Positions 23,390 to 35,919 of a stretch of DNA of 64,000 bases are shown here, piece after piece. The stretch comes from Eledone cirrhosa. Its lineage: Eukaryota. The translations under genes were made by a program, and so were the position numbers. The stretch is from positions 308,450,001-308,514,000 of the forward strand of contig OZ024740.1 in NCBI GenBank assembly GCA_964016885.1, in the 5' to 3' direction. Position 1 is the stretch's first letter, and every line of letters starts with the position of its first letter. Below the pieces are notes generated by a model. The model was not told the origin of the DNA. It did no database searches and was given only the letters and a program-made list of their open reading frames with translations.

Positions 23390-23599
23390 GACCTGTTCAA
23401 CCTATACCAGTATGAAAATACATATCTGTCAATAATAATAGCTACTACCATGTGAGATTGTCATATAAACATACAATCTTTGTGAACCACAAAAAGATAC
23501 AGACTTTACTTGACAATAATGACAACAACCTTATCATGACCCACTATATCACAGTGACACAAATAAAGACTATCTTTGTATGGGTGTATGTTGTCCTGA

Positions 23600-26500
23600 T
23601 ATACAGCCTGTCTTGGGCATTTAAACTTGGCAAAGCCTCCCTCCAGAACTGAACACAGCTGATGTCTTCCAGAGAAGAAGCTAAAGGAAGTGATAAAGAG
23701 ATATAGAGAAAGAATCAACCCCTTAAGTCTTTGACATACATCATTCAGGGAAGGTGAAGTATTATGGTTTTATAGGACATATTTAACGAAAAGATTTAGA
23801 TGTAGGTTCAAGGTGTGGGATTACTGACCACATGGTCATGCATAAAAATCTTACTATAGTAATATTTTTAAACTGTTGCAAGTCGACAGTTGTAGGAAAC
23901 ACATAAGCAAGGAGGGAAATCCAGAGGACCACTATTCTTGGCAAGGAGGACTGTGCATAGTGGTTAGTGTGGGGTACAACATGAATGATGAGAGGAGAAG
24001 AAATGTGAATCAAAAATGTCTGAGTTGAGGTGGTATGAGACCAGTCAAGCTTCCTGGAGCAGAGATTATTGTTGTATTAGTAGAAAAGAGAGGAAGGAAG
24101 GAAGGACATCTTTAAATCAGAGGCTACTGTGTGTCTATGAGTGACTATGCCAATTGGTTGAGTGGCTTTTCTTTCGATATGGTCTAATGGGTCTGTGTGT
24201 GTAGCAGAGCACCACCCTAGCTGTGGTTGCAGTACTCCATTGTGAACCTCACCTGAATTTTGTAGAAAGTCAATAATTGAAGGCTGAAGAGTAAGGCAAG
24301 TTTTTGCAATGTTGTCCTAGCTATGTTATGGATGTATATTTGTCATGAGAGATCTGTGGTAGTGAGGCCTAGGATTTGGATTGATTTTAAGAGCTGTGGT
24401 CACATGCTACACTAGTTTATGGGGTGTGGGGTGCAATGATGTTTACTTGATATGAGCTGTACTTAAGTATTTTTACTGAAAGAAACAAGATCAATGTAAC
24501 CCCATTGGAGGATACTTTTAAGATCTCTGTTCTTAGAATCAATGCAGGTTTGTTTGTGTATGAATAGCACTTAGTTAGGAAAGAATGAAATGTGGTATTA
24601 TCTCCATAAAATTTGGTATTGTTGAATATGACAGCAAGTCGATGATTAATTTACAGACACCATGAGTTGATAGAGTGTGAGACATAGACAGTACCACATC
24701 AGCACATGCTGCAGTAGTGCAATCTAATAGGAAGCTATAAATCCAAAAGATGAATGATGGATAAAGCCCACAGGCAGACAGTATTGATATACAATTCACA
24801 TCATCGTCATCGCCATTTAATGTCCATTTTTTCACGTTTGCATGGGTTAAGTGAGTTGTCCTGTTGTGAGACAAGCCAAGTTGGATGGCCATGTCTTGCC
24901 CATTCAGAACTGATTTTGGTTGGGTTTCTATGGCTGGATGCCCTTCCTAACACCAACAACATTTACAGTGTGTACTGAGTGATTTTTTGTCGTGACACCT
25001 ACATGACCACTATACATTATGAGCTGGATGCTTTTTATCGTGGCACCTACATGACGACTTCACAATGTGGACTGGGCGCTTTGTGTCATGTCAATACATG
25101 ACCACTATACAGTGTGGGCTAGGTGCTTTTTGATGTGTCACCTACACAACCACATTACAGTGTGGTTTAGGTGCTTTTTGTCATGTCACCTACATAATCA
25201 AAAGCCTTGCTGGTGTCAACAGCAACAACATTGCTTCATCAAATTTCTATTAAGTGAGAGCCTATTAGTGAGTGACATAAGAGATTACATCTCCAGTAGA
25301 TCTGGCTTTACAGAAACTATATTGGTAATCATTAAAGAGAAAGAGAGAAAGTTGTTAGGCAAAGTCATTGTCAATGGTTGTCTCCATTATCTTTGAGATA
25401 TTGGAAGTGAGTTCAATAGCATGATGGTTGGTAGGGTCAGAGGGGTTACCCTTGGTAATGTTTCCAAAGTTCAGGTTTATATCCCTGTAGGTAGGGAGAA
25501 GTTGAAAAGTTTGGTGAGTAGAGAGGCTAGCTCAAAGACAAATTGTTTGAGTGAATTAAAGTGACATTGTTAGGACTGGTAGCCATGTTAACTTGAAGTG
25601 ACAAATGGTTTTGTTGCTCTTGATATGTATATATGCAAATTGGTGAGTCTGGCAGAGTAGAAAGGTACAGATTTAGGAAGTTTGTGGAGTTGAGTGGAAA
25701 AGATGGAGGTTTTCTCTGTGGGAGTACTGCTCAAGGAAGTATCATGGTTGAGAAATGGAGAAAGAAAAGTATTCTGCAATGCTGGAAATACTTTTGACAA
25801 GAGACTATAAGAATTACCGTATATACTCGCGTATAGGTCGCCCCGGCAGATAGGTCGCATACCTACTTTTCATTTCACAAATAGGCTATTTGCCATTGAC
25901 TCGCAGATAGGTCGCACTGAAATTTGGGCCGTCAAACTACTATTTTTTATGATAATTGAAACTAATAATCTGTTAGCTTTCAATTACTTCGCCGTTGCGA
26001 TATATACTCCAAACCATGTTTTATTTATAAAATAAACATTAACGTCATCGAAATTTAGTCAATTTGAGATTACTGCGACATAAAGCCTTTAAGCGCAAAA
26101 ATTAACTCTTAAATAACACGTGTTTTTTAACGTTGAAAGTATAACAGATTTTTAGCGTATCAACATGGCTTCCCAAAGTAGCGAATACCGACTTTGAAGG
26201 TTTTACATGCAACGACATTCGAAATGAAAAAGAAACACAAGATAATATTAGTGATTTATCTTCAAATGAATCAGACGTATTTATTTCTGACGATGATAGT
26301 TACTTTGAAAGTGAAAGCGAAGATCTGACGGACACCATAAAAATATTACAGCAACGTGGTTGAAAGATACAACACCAATACATGTTCACACCTGTTAATG
26401 AACTTATATATTGGGAACACTCTGTTATGTAAATTTACACCGTACATTGTATAAGAGTACATTGCAAATATTATTTTGACTGGTGAAAAGGTTTTATACA

Positions 26501-27300
26501 TTTTTTTCAATGAAAATATTTGCCTGGAATGTAGAGAAAGACTAAAACCTTGTACTGATTATATCTCACTTGCTAATTTTTGTACTGATTATTTCTCACT
26601 TGCTAATTTTGAAAAGAAACGCCACTTGCAATAATCTGTTTCCTGTTAAAGTAAATACATCACAATACGTGTTCATAGCAACGCTAAGACAATGAAATCA
26701 CATTTTAAATACCGGGTATGTATTTCTATGGATTTTAATGACGGATGGTTCGGTCAGATAGAAAAAAACGTAAACACTACAAAGTTTTAGTAAAAAATTT
26801 AAAATCAAGAAATATATGTATAAGAAGGTAGATATATGAAATTATTATGTTAAATAATAAAAAATATTAACAAAGTTATTTTTATAAATACCCATCGTTG
26901 ATTAAGTCTATGAAAAATCATTGGTCAGTCTGATGTTGATCGGATAGGTCGCACCCCAAAAATTTATACTTATTTATCGTTAAAAAAGTGCAACCTATAC
27001 GCGAGTATATACGGTAACTGCAGTCTAGGAAGTAGAACTTGAGAGCTATGAGATATATGAAGACATTCTTCGCTGTTCAAAGTGCTGCAGTTATGGGCAA
27101 ATACTACCCAGTTTTGTAGGGACTGGGTGAATTTCTCCAAGTGTCTAATTTTTGCCTGAATTAATGCAGCATAACTTTAGGGACTTGGAATATTGAGATT
27201 TTGTTGTATGTGGTATGAAGAGGGACATGCCTAAAAAGATATGCAGTTCTGTTTCTGATGGATCAAGAATGAAGAATATATATGTCTATGGGCAAAACGC
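23600..27300 (-). mobile_element. Highly decayed CR1/Jockey-like LINE remnant, interrupted by later insertions
   Basis: Scattered RT-like traces, e.g. minus strand PKGNPSDPTNH (NYRPI region) near 25430-25460. The 3' end resembles 52100-52220. Confidence 0.4.
25817..27014. mobile_element. Non-autonomous Tc1/mariner-superfamily element (Tc2/pogo-like TIRs)
   Basis: TIRs ccgtatatactcgcgtataggtcgc and gcaacctatacgcgagtatatacgg, with TA duplications at 25815-25816 and 27015-27016. Subterminal gataggtcgca repeats. Confidence 0.85.
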
Positions 27301-27625
27301 AGTTCTAGCTGTCAACACATTAGACAAGGACTGGTGAGCTGCAAAAAAATGTTTAGTTGTAAAAACAATTACTCGTATTCTCCCTCTCCTATATATTATC
27401 AACAGAAAAATATAGCTGCCCCCCCCCACCCACCCACCCACACCCACACACACACAAACCATCACCACCATCAAAATCAGCAGTTGTTCAGCAATGCTGA
27501 AATTTTAAAGTATTTCATCTCTTTGTAGTCTCAAAGAAAGGGATGATTCTTTGCAGTAAATATTTGTTGTTATTTGGCCAGTATGTTGGAAGGGGAAAAT
27601 ACAGTTCTGCTTTTCTTTTATCTAG

Positions 27626-27778
27626 GAACAGAAAGAAGACATCAAGAAGCGTTGTATCAATGCTGAACCTCGTCATGGTGAACAGTGGTGCAAAGTATCA
27701 AAGGACATTGCTAACTGGCGTCTGAAAACTTCAGAGATATTGTTGTTGACCAGTACTGCCATTCCAATCCCCAACTGA
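27626..27778 (+). CDS. PRPF6: PRPF6 last coding exon: [50 protein letters not shown]
   Basis: tctAG acceptor, the Prp6 C-terminal motif [20 protein letters not shown], and TGA at 27776-27778. Confidence 0.95.
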   Translation, partial: EQKEDIKKRCINAEPRHGEQWCKVSKDIANWRLKTSEILLLTSTAIPIPN

Positions 27779-27986
27779 AACATGTCGACATTGTGCTCTA
27801 ACTCAGATACATCAAAATATTACTCCACTCTTTCCCCTCTTAGTTCAACAATCCTCTATACTCTGCTAGAGATCACATGATAGGAAGTTACTATTTGCTT
27901 TCTGTCAGATTTCTGGTGTTCCATAATGTTTTTTCACTAACTGAAACATCATTTTGTAAATATTATAATACCATACTTCAATAGGG

Positions 27987-27992
27987 ATTAAA
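27987..27992 (+). promoter_or_regulatory. Candidate PRPF6 polyadenylation signal (ATTAAA)
   Basis: Lies about 210 nt after the stop and is followed by a GT/T-rich stretch (28018-28060). Not verified. Confidence 0.4.
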
Positions 27993-28213
27993 GTGAACAT
28001 ATTTCATACATATAGAAATTGTTAGTTGTTCTGTGGTTTTGTTAAATCTAGGTTTTGATTTATTATATTAAATTTAGAGTTGGTTCTATGGTTACAAGTG
28101 TGTTGTGTTATAAGATGTACTGTGGTAACATGTCTTGTAACATATTGACTGTGGTAAAGTGTCTTATGTGGCAGTATACTGTAGTTACACCTGTGTTATA
28201 TGACAGTCTATAG

Positions 28214-30630
28214 TTACACCTGTCTTATATGAACAGTTGGAATGTTACCATTTCCCACATCAAGAAGGTAGTTTGCAAACTGTCTTTCATCAGAATCCTC
28301 TGCATTAATTAACCGTTGATTGGTTGTTATCTCCATGGTTTCCACATAGTCCCAGAGATAGGATCTCTTGATGGTTGCCTCAACTATTTGTGGTCTAGCA
28401 CCATGACGTACAACTGGAAGAATTTGCTTCCAGTCACCAGATAGTAATACTGTTAGACCACCAAATGGCTTTTTGCAATCTCGAACATCTTTGAAGCTCC
28501 TGTCAAGGCATTCAAAGATATGCTTATGTCCCATACCTATCTCATCAATGATTAGCAGGACAGCTTGCTGCATAACTTTACCTGTGTCATCCCTCTTTGT
28601 GAAGAAGCAAGTTGATTCAGCAGTCACATTGAGAGGAATCTTGCACTTGGAATGAAGGGTTCTACCTTTGTGAAGCAAAGTGGCTGCTATTCCAGATATG
28701 GTAGTGGCAGGTACAATTTTTTTTTTAGATCGGAGGTAATCCAATAGGATGTTTATGACATAGGTCTTTCCTGTACCTGCACTTGAATTCAAGCAGAAAA
28801 TTCTGCCTTTATTTTCATTTACAGAGGTGATTACTTTGTGAAAAATAACCAGTTTCTCAGGATTCAATGTTGGCAGAAGTTCATTTGTTTGCTTGCAGTT
28901 GGTGTGTATTGAAATCAATTTCTGCCATAAGAACCCTGTTGATTTCTGGTATGGCAACAGTAGTTGGGTCTGGCCAAGGAAGTCCATAGTTGGCATGAAT
29001 GTCCAAGCCATCATGTTGAAGTCTTTGTTGGATCTTCTGTAGAACAATTGTATGGTTTACTTGGACATGACTTGCTCATGACGTTCATGCATGATATCCT
29101 CTGCAAGACAATTCTTCCATTTCTCCCAGAACTGCAGAAGGTCATTTGTCATGCTGTACTATAAAATGGTGCAGAAGATCTCTCACAGCTGAGGACCAAG
29201 CGTAATGGACGAGGCCTCTTCCATAGCTTTGTCTTTTTCTTCATCTTCATCTAACAGACCAAGTTTCCTGCATGCTTCTTGGAATGTTGGAAATTCAACT
29301 CCTTCAATTGTCCTCAAATCTTTGTATGAAGTTGACCTAGCCCTGTAATGTAGGATCATCCTGAGGTAATATAATTCCGATTGATGTCTACTGAGAGATA
29401 CTGTTGGAATGCGTGCAAGAGATTCACTCATAAATTGTTGATCACCATCCAGATGTCCCTTTTTTCTTCTTGGCCACTTTTTGTTTGTCCAAGTGAAATA
29501 TTTAGGAATATCAATATACAATATGTTTTGTGCCATTGGGTCTCTAATATTCAGTTGAAAATATTCCGTCAACTTAGTCATTGGCTGTCCCCTAGAAACA
29601 ATACTTTCTTCCTGCCTTCGCTCATACACGACCATTTGTTCCCCAGGTAAAGGGCAAGACAACTTTTCAACTGGCGGTTTTCGATGATGTAATGGAAATT
29701 TATAGATTCTCCAGAATGCTTCACTGGCTGAGATGTACCGTGCGTTGATATAGGTCTCAATCTCATTTTGGGCATGGACACTATTTCCTTGATCATCCTT
29801 AATAGTGAAAGTGATCTTGTCTGATCCTTTTGTGATGTACTTATATAAGTACTTAACAGCCTTGACACTGTGGTCAACCTCACAATTGATGTGGCACTGA
29901 TATCTCAATGAGAGGAAAGGGTTGTATGGAACAATGCAACAATTATCAACGGTAAATTCTTGATTTAAGTTGGATTGTATGGGTGTGACCACCATGCTGT
30001 CTATCTCTTCTTCTATACTCCGGAAAGGAATTTTCGGCAACAAATGGGGTTTGTCTGAATGCCTTGGGATAACTTTTTGAGCAATGGCGTTGTTGTCCTA
30101 GCCCTTCCATATATGAGCACATCATATTAGCTTGTCCACATGGGCCATGAATGTTGCAGGATGTGATGATCTTATGCAGAATTGGATTGGTCTCTTTATC
30201 AGGAATCTCACAGTACACTACCTGATCAATGGCATCAGCAGTTTTGGGCTTGCTATCTTCAGCCATTATCAGCAGAATATGAGCATGAGTCAGGCCTCGT
30301 TTTCTGCCACTCTATTGTAGCAGAATGAGCCACAACTTTTTCTAGGACATTTTTTTTCAGTATGTCATCCATGAGGTTGTCATACTTGATCTTGAAGACT
30401 CTTGCACAAATATCAGGACAGTCTCTAGGTTCTTCACCAGGGTGCAAACTATTTTTTATTTCATCCCAGTTAGGGTTAGTTGTTACCGTGATGAAATAAG
30501 ATAGCTTTCCCATGTGTCGAACCACAGTCATCGAATTCTGAAAGCACTCACTGTAGAAGCGAGGGGAACCATAGATTGAAGGAGGAAGAACAATTCTCTG
30601 GCCTGCACTTGTTTCAGACGTTAGACTGTG
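28214..30630 (-). pseudogene. Helitron RepHel (HUH Rep plus Pif1-family helicase), frameshifted and truncated at both ends
   Basis: Rep motif I YFITVTTNP, motif II EWQK-(frameshift)-RGLTHAHILL, HGPCG...C, motif III YLYKYITKG, ARYISASEAFWRI, TFQEAC. Helicase Walker A SAGTGKT, LLIIDE, FGGLTVLLSGDWKQILPVV, NQR. Spread across ORFs 30259-30648, 29946-30266, 29183-30043 and 28214-29047. Confidence 0.93.
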
Positions 30631-31087
30631 CCCATGCTGGGGTTCCACGATTAAAGGATATCCTTGACCTCAATTCCAGTACATATATTTTAAAATCTAG
30701 TACTTATTTTATTCATCTCTTCTATTCTCTTTGAAACGTGTGTGTGTGTGTGTGTCTATGTGTTCATATGTATGATGGTAGCCTATTGCTTGTGACGAGG
30801 ATTCTTCCAGCTAGGTTTCTCAAATGGAACTGCCTGAAATTAAGGTGAAAGTGTCTGAGCATTCTATAGACACGTATAGCGGAGGGTTTCAGGGTGGGAC
30901 TACATTGGTTCTTCGACTTACTGGCAGAGTACATTTTTTTTTTTACTTCAGTGGAGAGAAGAAAGGCGAAATAAAGTGTCTTGCTCAAGAACACAACGCA
31001 CTGACGGGATTCAAACTCTCAACATTACAATCACGACACACACACGGGCATAAACGCACACACACACACACATAAGCAAACAGATAC

Positions 31088-31124
<37 letters not shown>

Positions 31125-31152
31125 CACATAAGCACTTATGTACACACCATAC

Positions 31153-31185
<33 letters not shown>

Positions 31186-31561
31186 AGTGAGTCTATGTAC
31201 TTATACAATGGTAAAAAGAATATACACCTCTGGATTGAATCATTGGAACTGTAGTAAATTATCCTTTCCTTATTTCCACATCTTCACATACATACACACA
31301 GCCACATATACAGATAACCACACTATCGTCTATCTTTCTGTCTACATACCTATATATCTATGTATCGATCTATCGACCTATCTACCTGCCAACCTACCTG
31401 TCTATCTACCTCTCTCACACACACACACACACACACACATATATCTATTCTAGAGAGTGTGTCCATTAGATGTATAATTGCATTTCAGGGGAAATTAATA
31501 ATAGCTTCACTAACCTCAGAAGACGATTTGCATGCGGTATGTATGTGTCTATATATATATA

Positions 31562-32854
31562 TTCGCGCATATGCAGTACGGACCGGCCTTTGTGGATGCG
31601 TAGTACAAACTGGCCTCCACACATGCGCACTTTGGACAAGCCTTCGCTCATGCGATGTACAGACCAGCCTTCGCGCATACGCAGTACGGACCAGCCTTTG
31701 CGTATGCCCAGTACAGACCACCCTTTGTGCATGCGCAGTATGGATCAGCCTTCGCGCATGTACAGTACGGACCAGCCTTCGTGCATGCGCACTTCGGACT
31801 AGTCTTCGCGCATGCGCAGTACAACCAGACTTCGAGCATGCACCTTTCGGACCAACCTTCGCACATGCGCCGTACAGACCAGCCTTCGGCCATGCGCTCT
31901 TCGGACCTTACTCGCGCATGCGCACTTTGGACCAGAATTCACGCATGTGCCATACGGACCAACCTTCGCGCGGACCAGAATTCACACGTGCCGTACGGGC
32001 CAGCCTTCGTGCATGTGCAGTACGGTGAAGCCTTCGCACATGCGCAGTACGGTGCAGTTATATCCAATGCGCAGTACGGACCAGCCTTCGCGCATACGCA
32101 GTACAGTGCAGCCATATCCAATGCGCAGTACGGGCCAGCCTTTGCGCATGCGCAGTACAAGCCATCCTTCGCGCATGCGCAGTATGGGCCAGCCTTTGCG
32201 CATGCGCACTTTGATCAGACTTTGCGCATGCACAGAACGAACCAGACTTGCCGCATGCGCCGGACTTGGTGCATGCGCACGTCAGACCAGACTTGGCGCA
32301 TGCAGACCAGCTTTGGTCCATGCGCAGTACAGACCGGCCTTCGCACATGCCTAGTACGGACCGGCCTCCACGCATGCACACTTCTGACAACCCTTCGCTT
32401 ATGCGCCGTACCTACCAGCCTTCGCGTATGCGCCGTACGAGCCAGACTTGGCGCATGCCCAGTATGGACCAGCCTTTGCGCATGCACACTTCGGACCAGC
32501 CTTTGCGCGTGTGCACTGCGGACCAGCCTTGGCACATGCGCACTTCGGACCAGCCATCGCGCATGCGCAGTATGACCAGACTTCGAGCATGCGCACTTCG
32601 GACCAGCCTTTGCGCATGCGTATTGGACCAGCATTCGCGCATGCGCACCTTGGACCAGACTTCGCGCATGCGCAGTACGAACCTGATTTGGTCAATGCGC
32701 ACTTCGGACCAGACTTCGTGCATGCACACTTTGGACCATACTTGGTGCATGCGCACTTCGGACCATACTTGGCGCATGAGCACTTCGGACCAGACTTCAT
32801 GCATGCACACTTCGGACCATACTTGGCGCATGCGCACTTCGGACCAGACTTCGC
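31562..32854. repeat. CpG-rich 27-bp minisatellite (~48 units), consensus ggaccag(c/a)cttcgcgcatgcgca(gta/ctt)c
   Basis: 9-aa periodicity in all ORFs (GPAFAHAQY/GPDFAHAHF). Flanked by related ~90-130-bp direct repeats at 31462-31560 and 32874-33010. Confidence 0.93.
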
Positions 32855-33110
32855 CTATATATATGTCTAAGTATCCGTTAGATGTAATATTGCATTTCAA
32901 GAATTACGAAGAATTTCCAAGTTACGTCACCTGGGGAGGATTAATAATAGCTTCACTCACTTCAGAAGACGATTTGTGTGTGGTGTGGTATGTATGTGTG
33001 TGTATATATATAAATATATATATGTATGTGTGTGTGTGTCTGCATCAGACATAATTTATATGCTATTACATTTATATATATCTAATCAATGGGCGTACAA
33101 CAGTGCTTAA

Positions 33111-33768
33111 TCTAAACTATAATAAAGTAAAAAGCGCGGGACTGCGTACGGTTTATAAATTTTTATCCCCTTGGTAAAATAAGTTGGATTACTTTGAATA
33201 AATAATGAATGAATATTACGTAATTTATCTACTAAATTTTGTGGCTGGTCATTAAATATATTTTATTACTTATTTAAAGATTCACTTCTTTAAAATTTTC
33301 AAATGTCAACACTTCCGGTTAGCGATCGTATAAATAAATATTCATATATTTCTGTCACTAATTTTCTCCTAATGTAGTTTATATATAATATCTTTTTTTA
33401 ATGTATCATGGATTACGTTACTGATTACAGAAGACAGTGTAACACAGTCTTCGTTCAATTTCTGTGTATATTGTCAATTACGATCTTATTTGATCATATC
33501 TACATGCATATATACTTGCGTATAATATCAATATACACACTACACATGCTAGCAGATATATAATATCATCTTTTTTTAATGTATCATGGATTACGTTACT
33601 GATTACAGAAGACTGTGTAACACAGTCTTCGTTCAATTTCTGTGTATATTGTCAATTACGGTTTTATTTGATGTATCATATCTACATGTATATATACTTG
33701 CATATAATATCAATATACACACTACACATGCTAGCAGAAAACAACCCTAAGGGTGGTTTTTCTGCTAG
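33111..33768 (+). mobile_element. Complete non-autonomous Helitron
   Basis: A|TC start (tctaaactataataaag). 3' hairpin gcagaaaacaaccc-taa-gggtggtttttctgc and CTAG|T (33765-33769). The 3' part is homologous to 5020-5224 and 610-655. Internal ~180-bp tandem duplication. Confidence 0.75.
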
Positions 33769-34189
33769 TTTTATTAAATGAGTTTTTAAAAAAAAAAGTT
33801 AAATAAATAAATAAATAAAACGTTATACTTGTTTTACCCTCCCATTTCCAATTAAACCGAACGCTATCATGTGTGTGTTTGTGTAAATGTATGTATGTGT
33901 GTAAATGTATGTTTGTGTGAATTATGTCCGTGAGTGTGTATTTTTATAAGTTTGTGTTTGCGCGATTATAGTTATATACACATAATAGTTATATACTCAT
34001 ACATATAGATGCATGTATGTGCACACTCATACGCGTCAGTGTGTAGAAAATCATAATCTCTCTATCTCTCTCATCACACACTCTCTCTTTCTATATATAT
34101 ATGGTAATTGAAGTAGTGGTGATGGTGGCGACGATATACCGGAAGTGCAACTTTGAAAAGAAGTTAATTTTAGATTATTTATTTTTACG

Positions 34190-34434
34190 AAATTTAGCAC
34201 ATAAGTTATGTAATATTCATTCATTATTTATTCAAATCCCGCCGAGGTTGACTTTGCCTTTCATCCTTACGGGGTCGATGAAATAAAGTACCAGTAACGC
34301 ACTGGGTAATTGCTGGCCTTGTGCCTAAAGTAGAAACAATTATTTATTCAAAGTAATCCAACTTATTTTACTAACTGGATTAAAAGAAATAAACCGTACA
34401 CAGTCCCACAGCCCTTGCTTTATTATAGTTTAGA
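34190..34434 (-). mobile_element. Helitron 5' end (minus strand), split by a SINE
   Basis: Reverse complement of 33111-33238. SINE insertion with an attatttattcaaa duplication. Confidence 0.6.
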
Positions 34435-35372
34435 TAGTATGGAAGTGGCTACAAGTCATTAAATATAGCAGTATAGTAATGTCTGTCAACCAGTTAGCAA
34501 ACTAGTAGCCTAGCTATTAGTTTTATCTACCCAACCATAGAAGGCTGAAAAGTAAATTCAAACTGAATGGGATTTGAACTCCTAATGTAAAGACACTTTG
34601 TCCAGTGTGCTAATATTTTATCAGCCCTTAATTAAGGGTTTCTAACTTTGGCATGAGGCCACAAATTTTGTGGAGATGGTTGGTGTTGATATACTTGAAG
34701 CTTGTATATGACTGGCTCTAGTTTTATTGGTTATTGAGGGATGAAAGGTAAAGTTAACTTGGACAGTTATGAGTTCTGAATAGAAGGGGGCATTTTGTTC
34801 AAAATTCCACTCCATCACACCTCCCACGTAACACTCCACTCATGTCTAACACCCCACCCCTCACTTATTTCCCTAGATCTACCTGCCCCACCCAAACATG
34901 GTCATCCAATCTGTGACAGCTTGTCTAACCCATGGTAGCATGGAAAATGGACGTTAAGTAATGATGAGGATGATGATGAATGATTTATAACATGGGCACA
35001 AGGACACACATTTTGGGAAGACTATATAGTCAATATAATCAACCCCAGTACTTCACCAGTAATTTATCAACTTAAGAAAAAATAAAATGTTAACATCAGA
35101 TACATTAGGTAGTATATCATATACAGGTGTTAAATTAACAGTCACGAGAACATCAAATAAAATGTCTTACTGTATTTGTTCTGGATCTCTGTTCTGTGAG
35201 TTCAAATCTCATAAAGATCATCTTTACCTTTCATTCTTCAAGGGTCAATGAAATACCAGTCAAATAACAGGGTTCTCTCTCTCTCTCTCCCAGGGTTGGT
35301 AACCTCTTCTCATAAAATGCTGATATGTTACTAAAGTTCCATAAGATTGGCTTGATGTGCAGTACAGCATAT

Positions 35373-35583
35373 AATAATTGTTTCTTATATAGGCACAAGA
35401 CCAACAATTTTTGCGGGGAGGGGAAAGTCGATTAAATCGACCCAGTGCGTGGCTAGTACTTTATTTTATCGACCCTGTAAGGATGAAAGCAAAGTTAACC
35501 TCGGCAGGATTTGAACTCAGATCATAACTATGCTGCAAAGCATGGTGCCCGACCCTCTACCGATACTGCCAATCCACTGCCCT
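35373..35583 (-). mobile_element. SINE (same family) with 12-bp TSD
   Basis: TSD agtacagcatat at 35361-35372 and 35584-35595. Confidence 0.85.
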
Positions 35584-35919
35584 AGTACAGCATATGATAA
35601 TAATAATAATTGTTTCTACTTTTGGCACAAGGCCAGCAATTACTCAGTGCATTACTGGTACTTTATTTTATCGGCCCCGGAAGGATGAAAGGCAAAGTTA
35701 ACCTCGGCGTGATTATAATAAAATAATTGTTTCTACTTTAGGCACAAGGCCAGCAATTACCCAGTGCATTATAATAATAATAATAATGGTTTCTGATTTA
35801 GACACAAAGCCAACAATTTGGGGGAAGGGGAAAGTTGATTAAATCAACCCCAGCGCATTACTGGTACTTTATTTTATCGACCCTCTGAGATGGAAAGTAA
35901 AGCTAAATTTAAAAAATTA

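Noticed and set aside
28214-29047. Cellular PIF1 helicase gene
   Set aside because: It is intronless, collinear with Helitron Rep motifs, frameshifted and truncated. It is Helitron RepHel.
31562-32854. CRISPR array or real repeat-protein genes (ORFs of 130-306 aa in most frames)
   Set aside because: The units are contiguous with no unique spacers, there are no cas genes and the context is eukaryotic. ORFs in nearly all frames are expected from a stop-poor 27-bp unit.
33420-33625. Hammerhead in ctgattacagaagac...gtcttc hairpin
   Set aside because: There is no CUGANGA/GAAA core. It is just a small internal Helitron hairpin within a tandem duplication.
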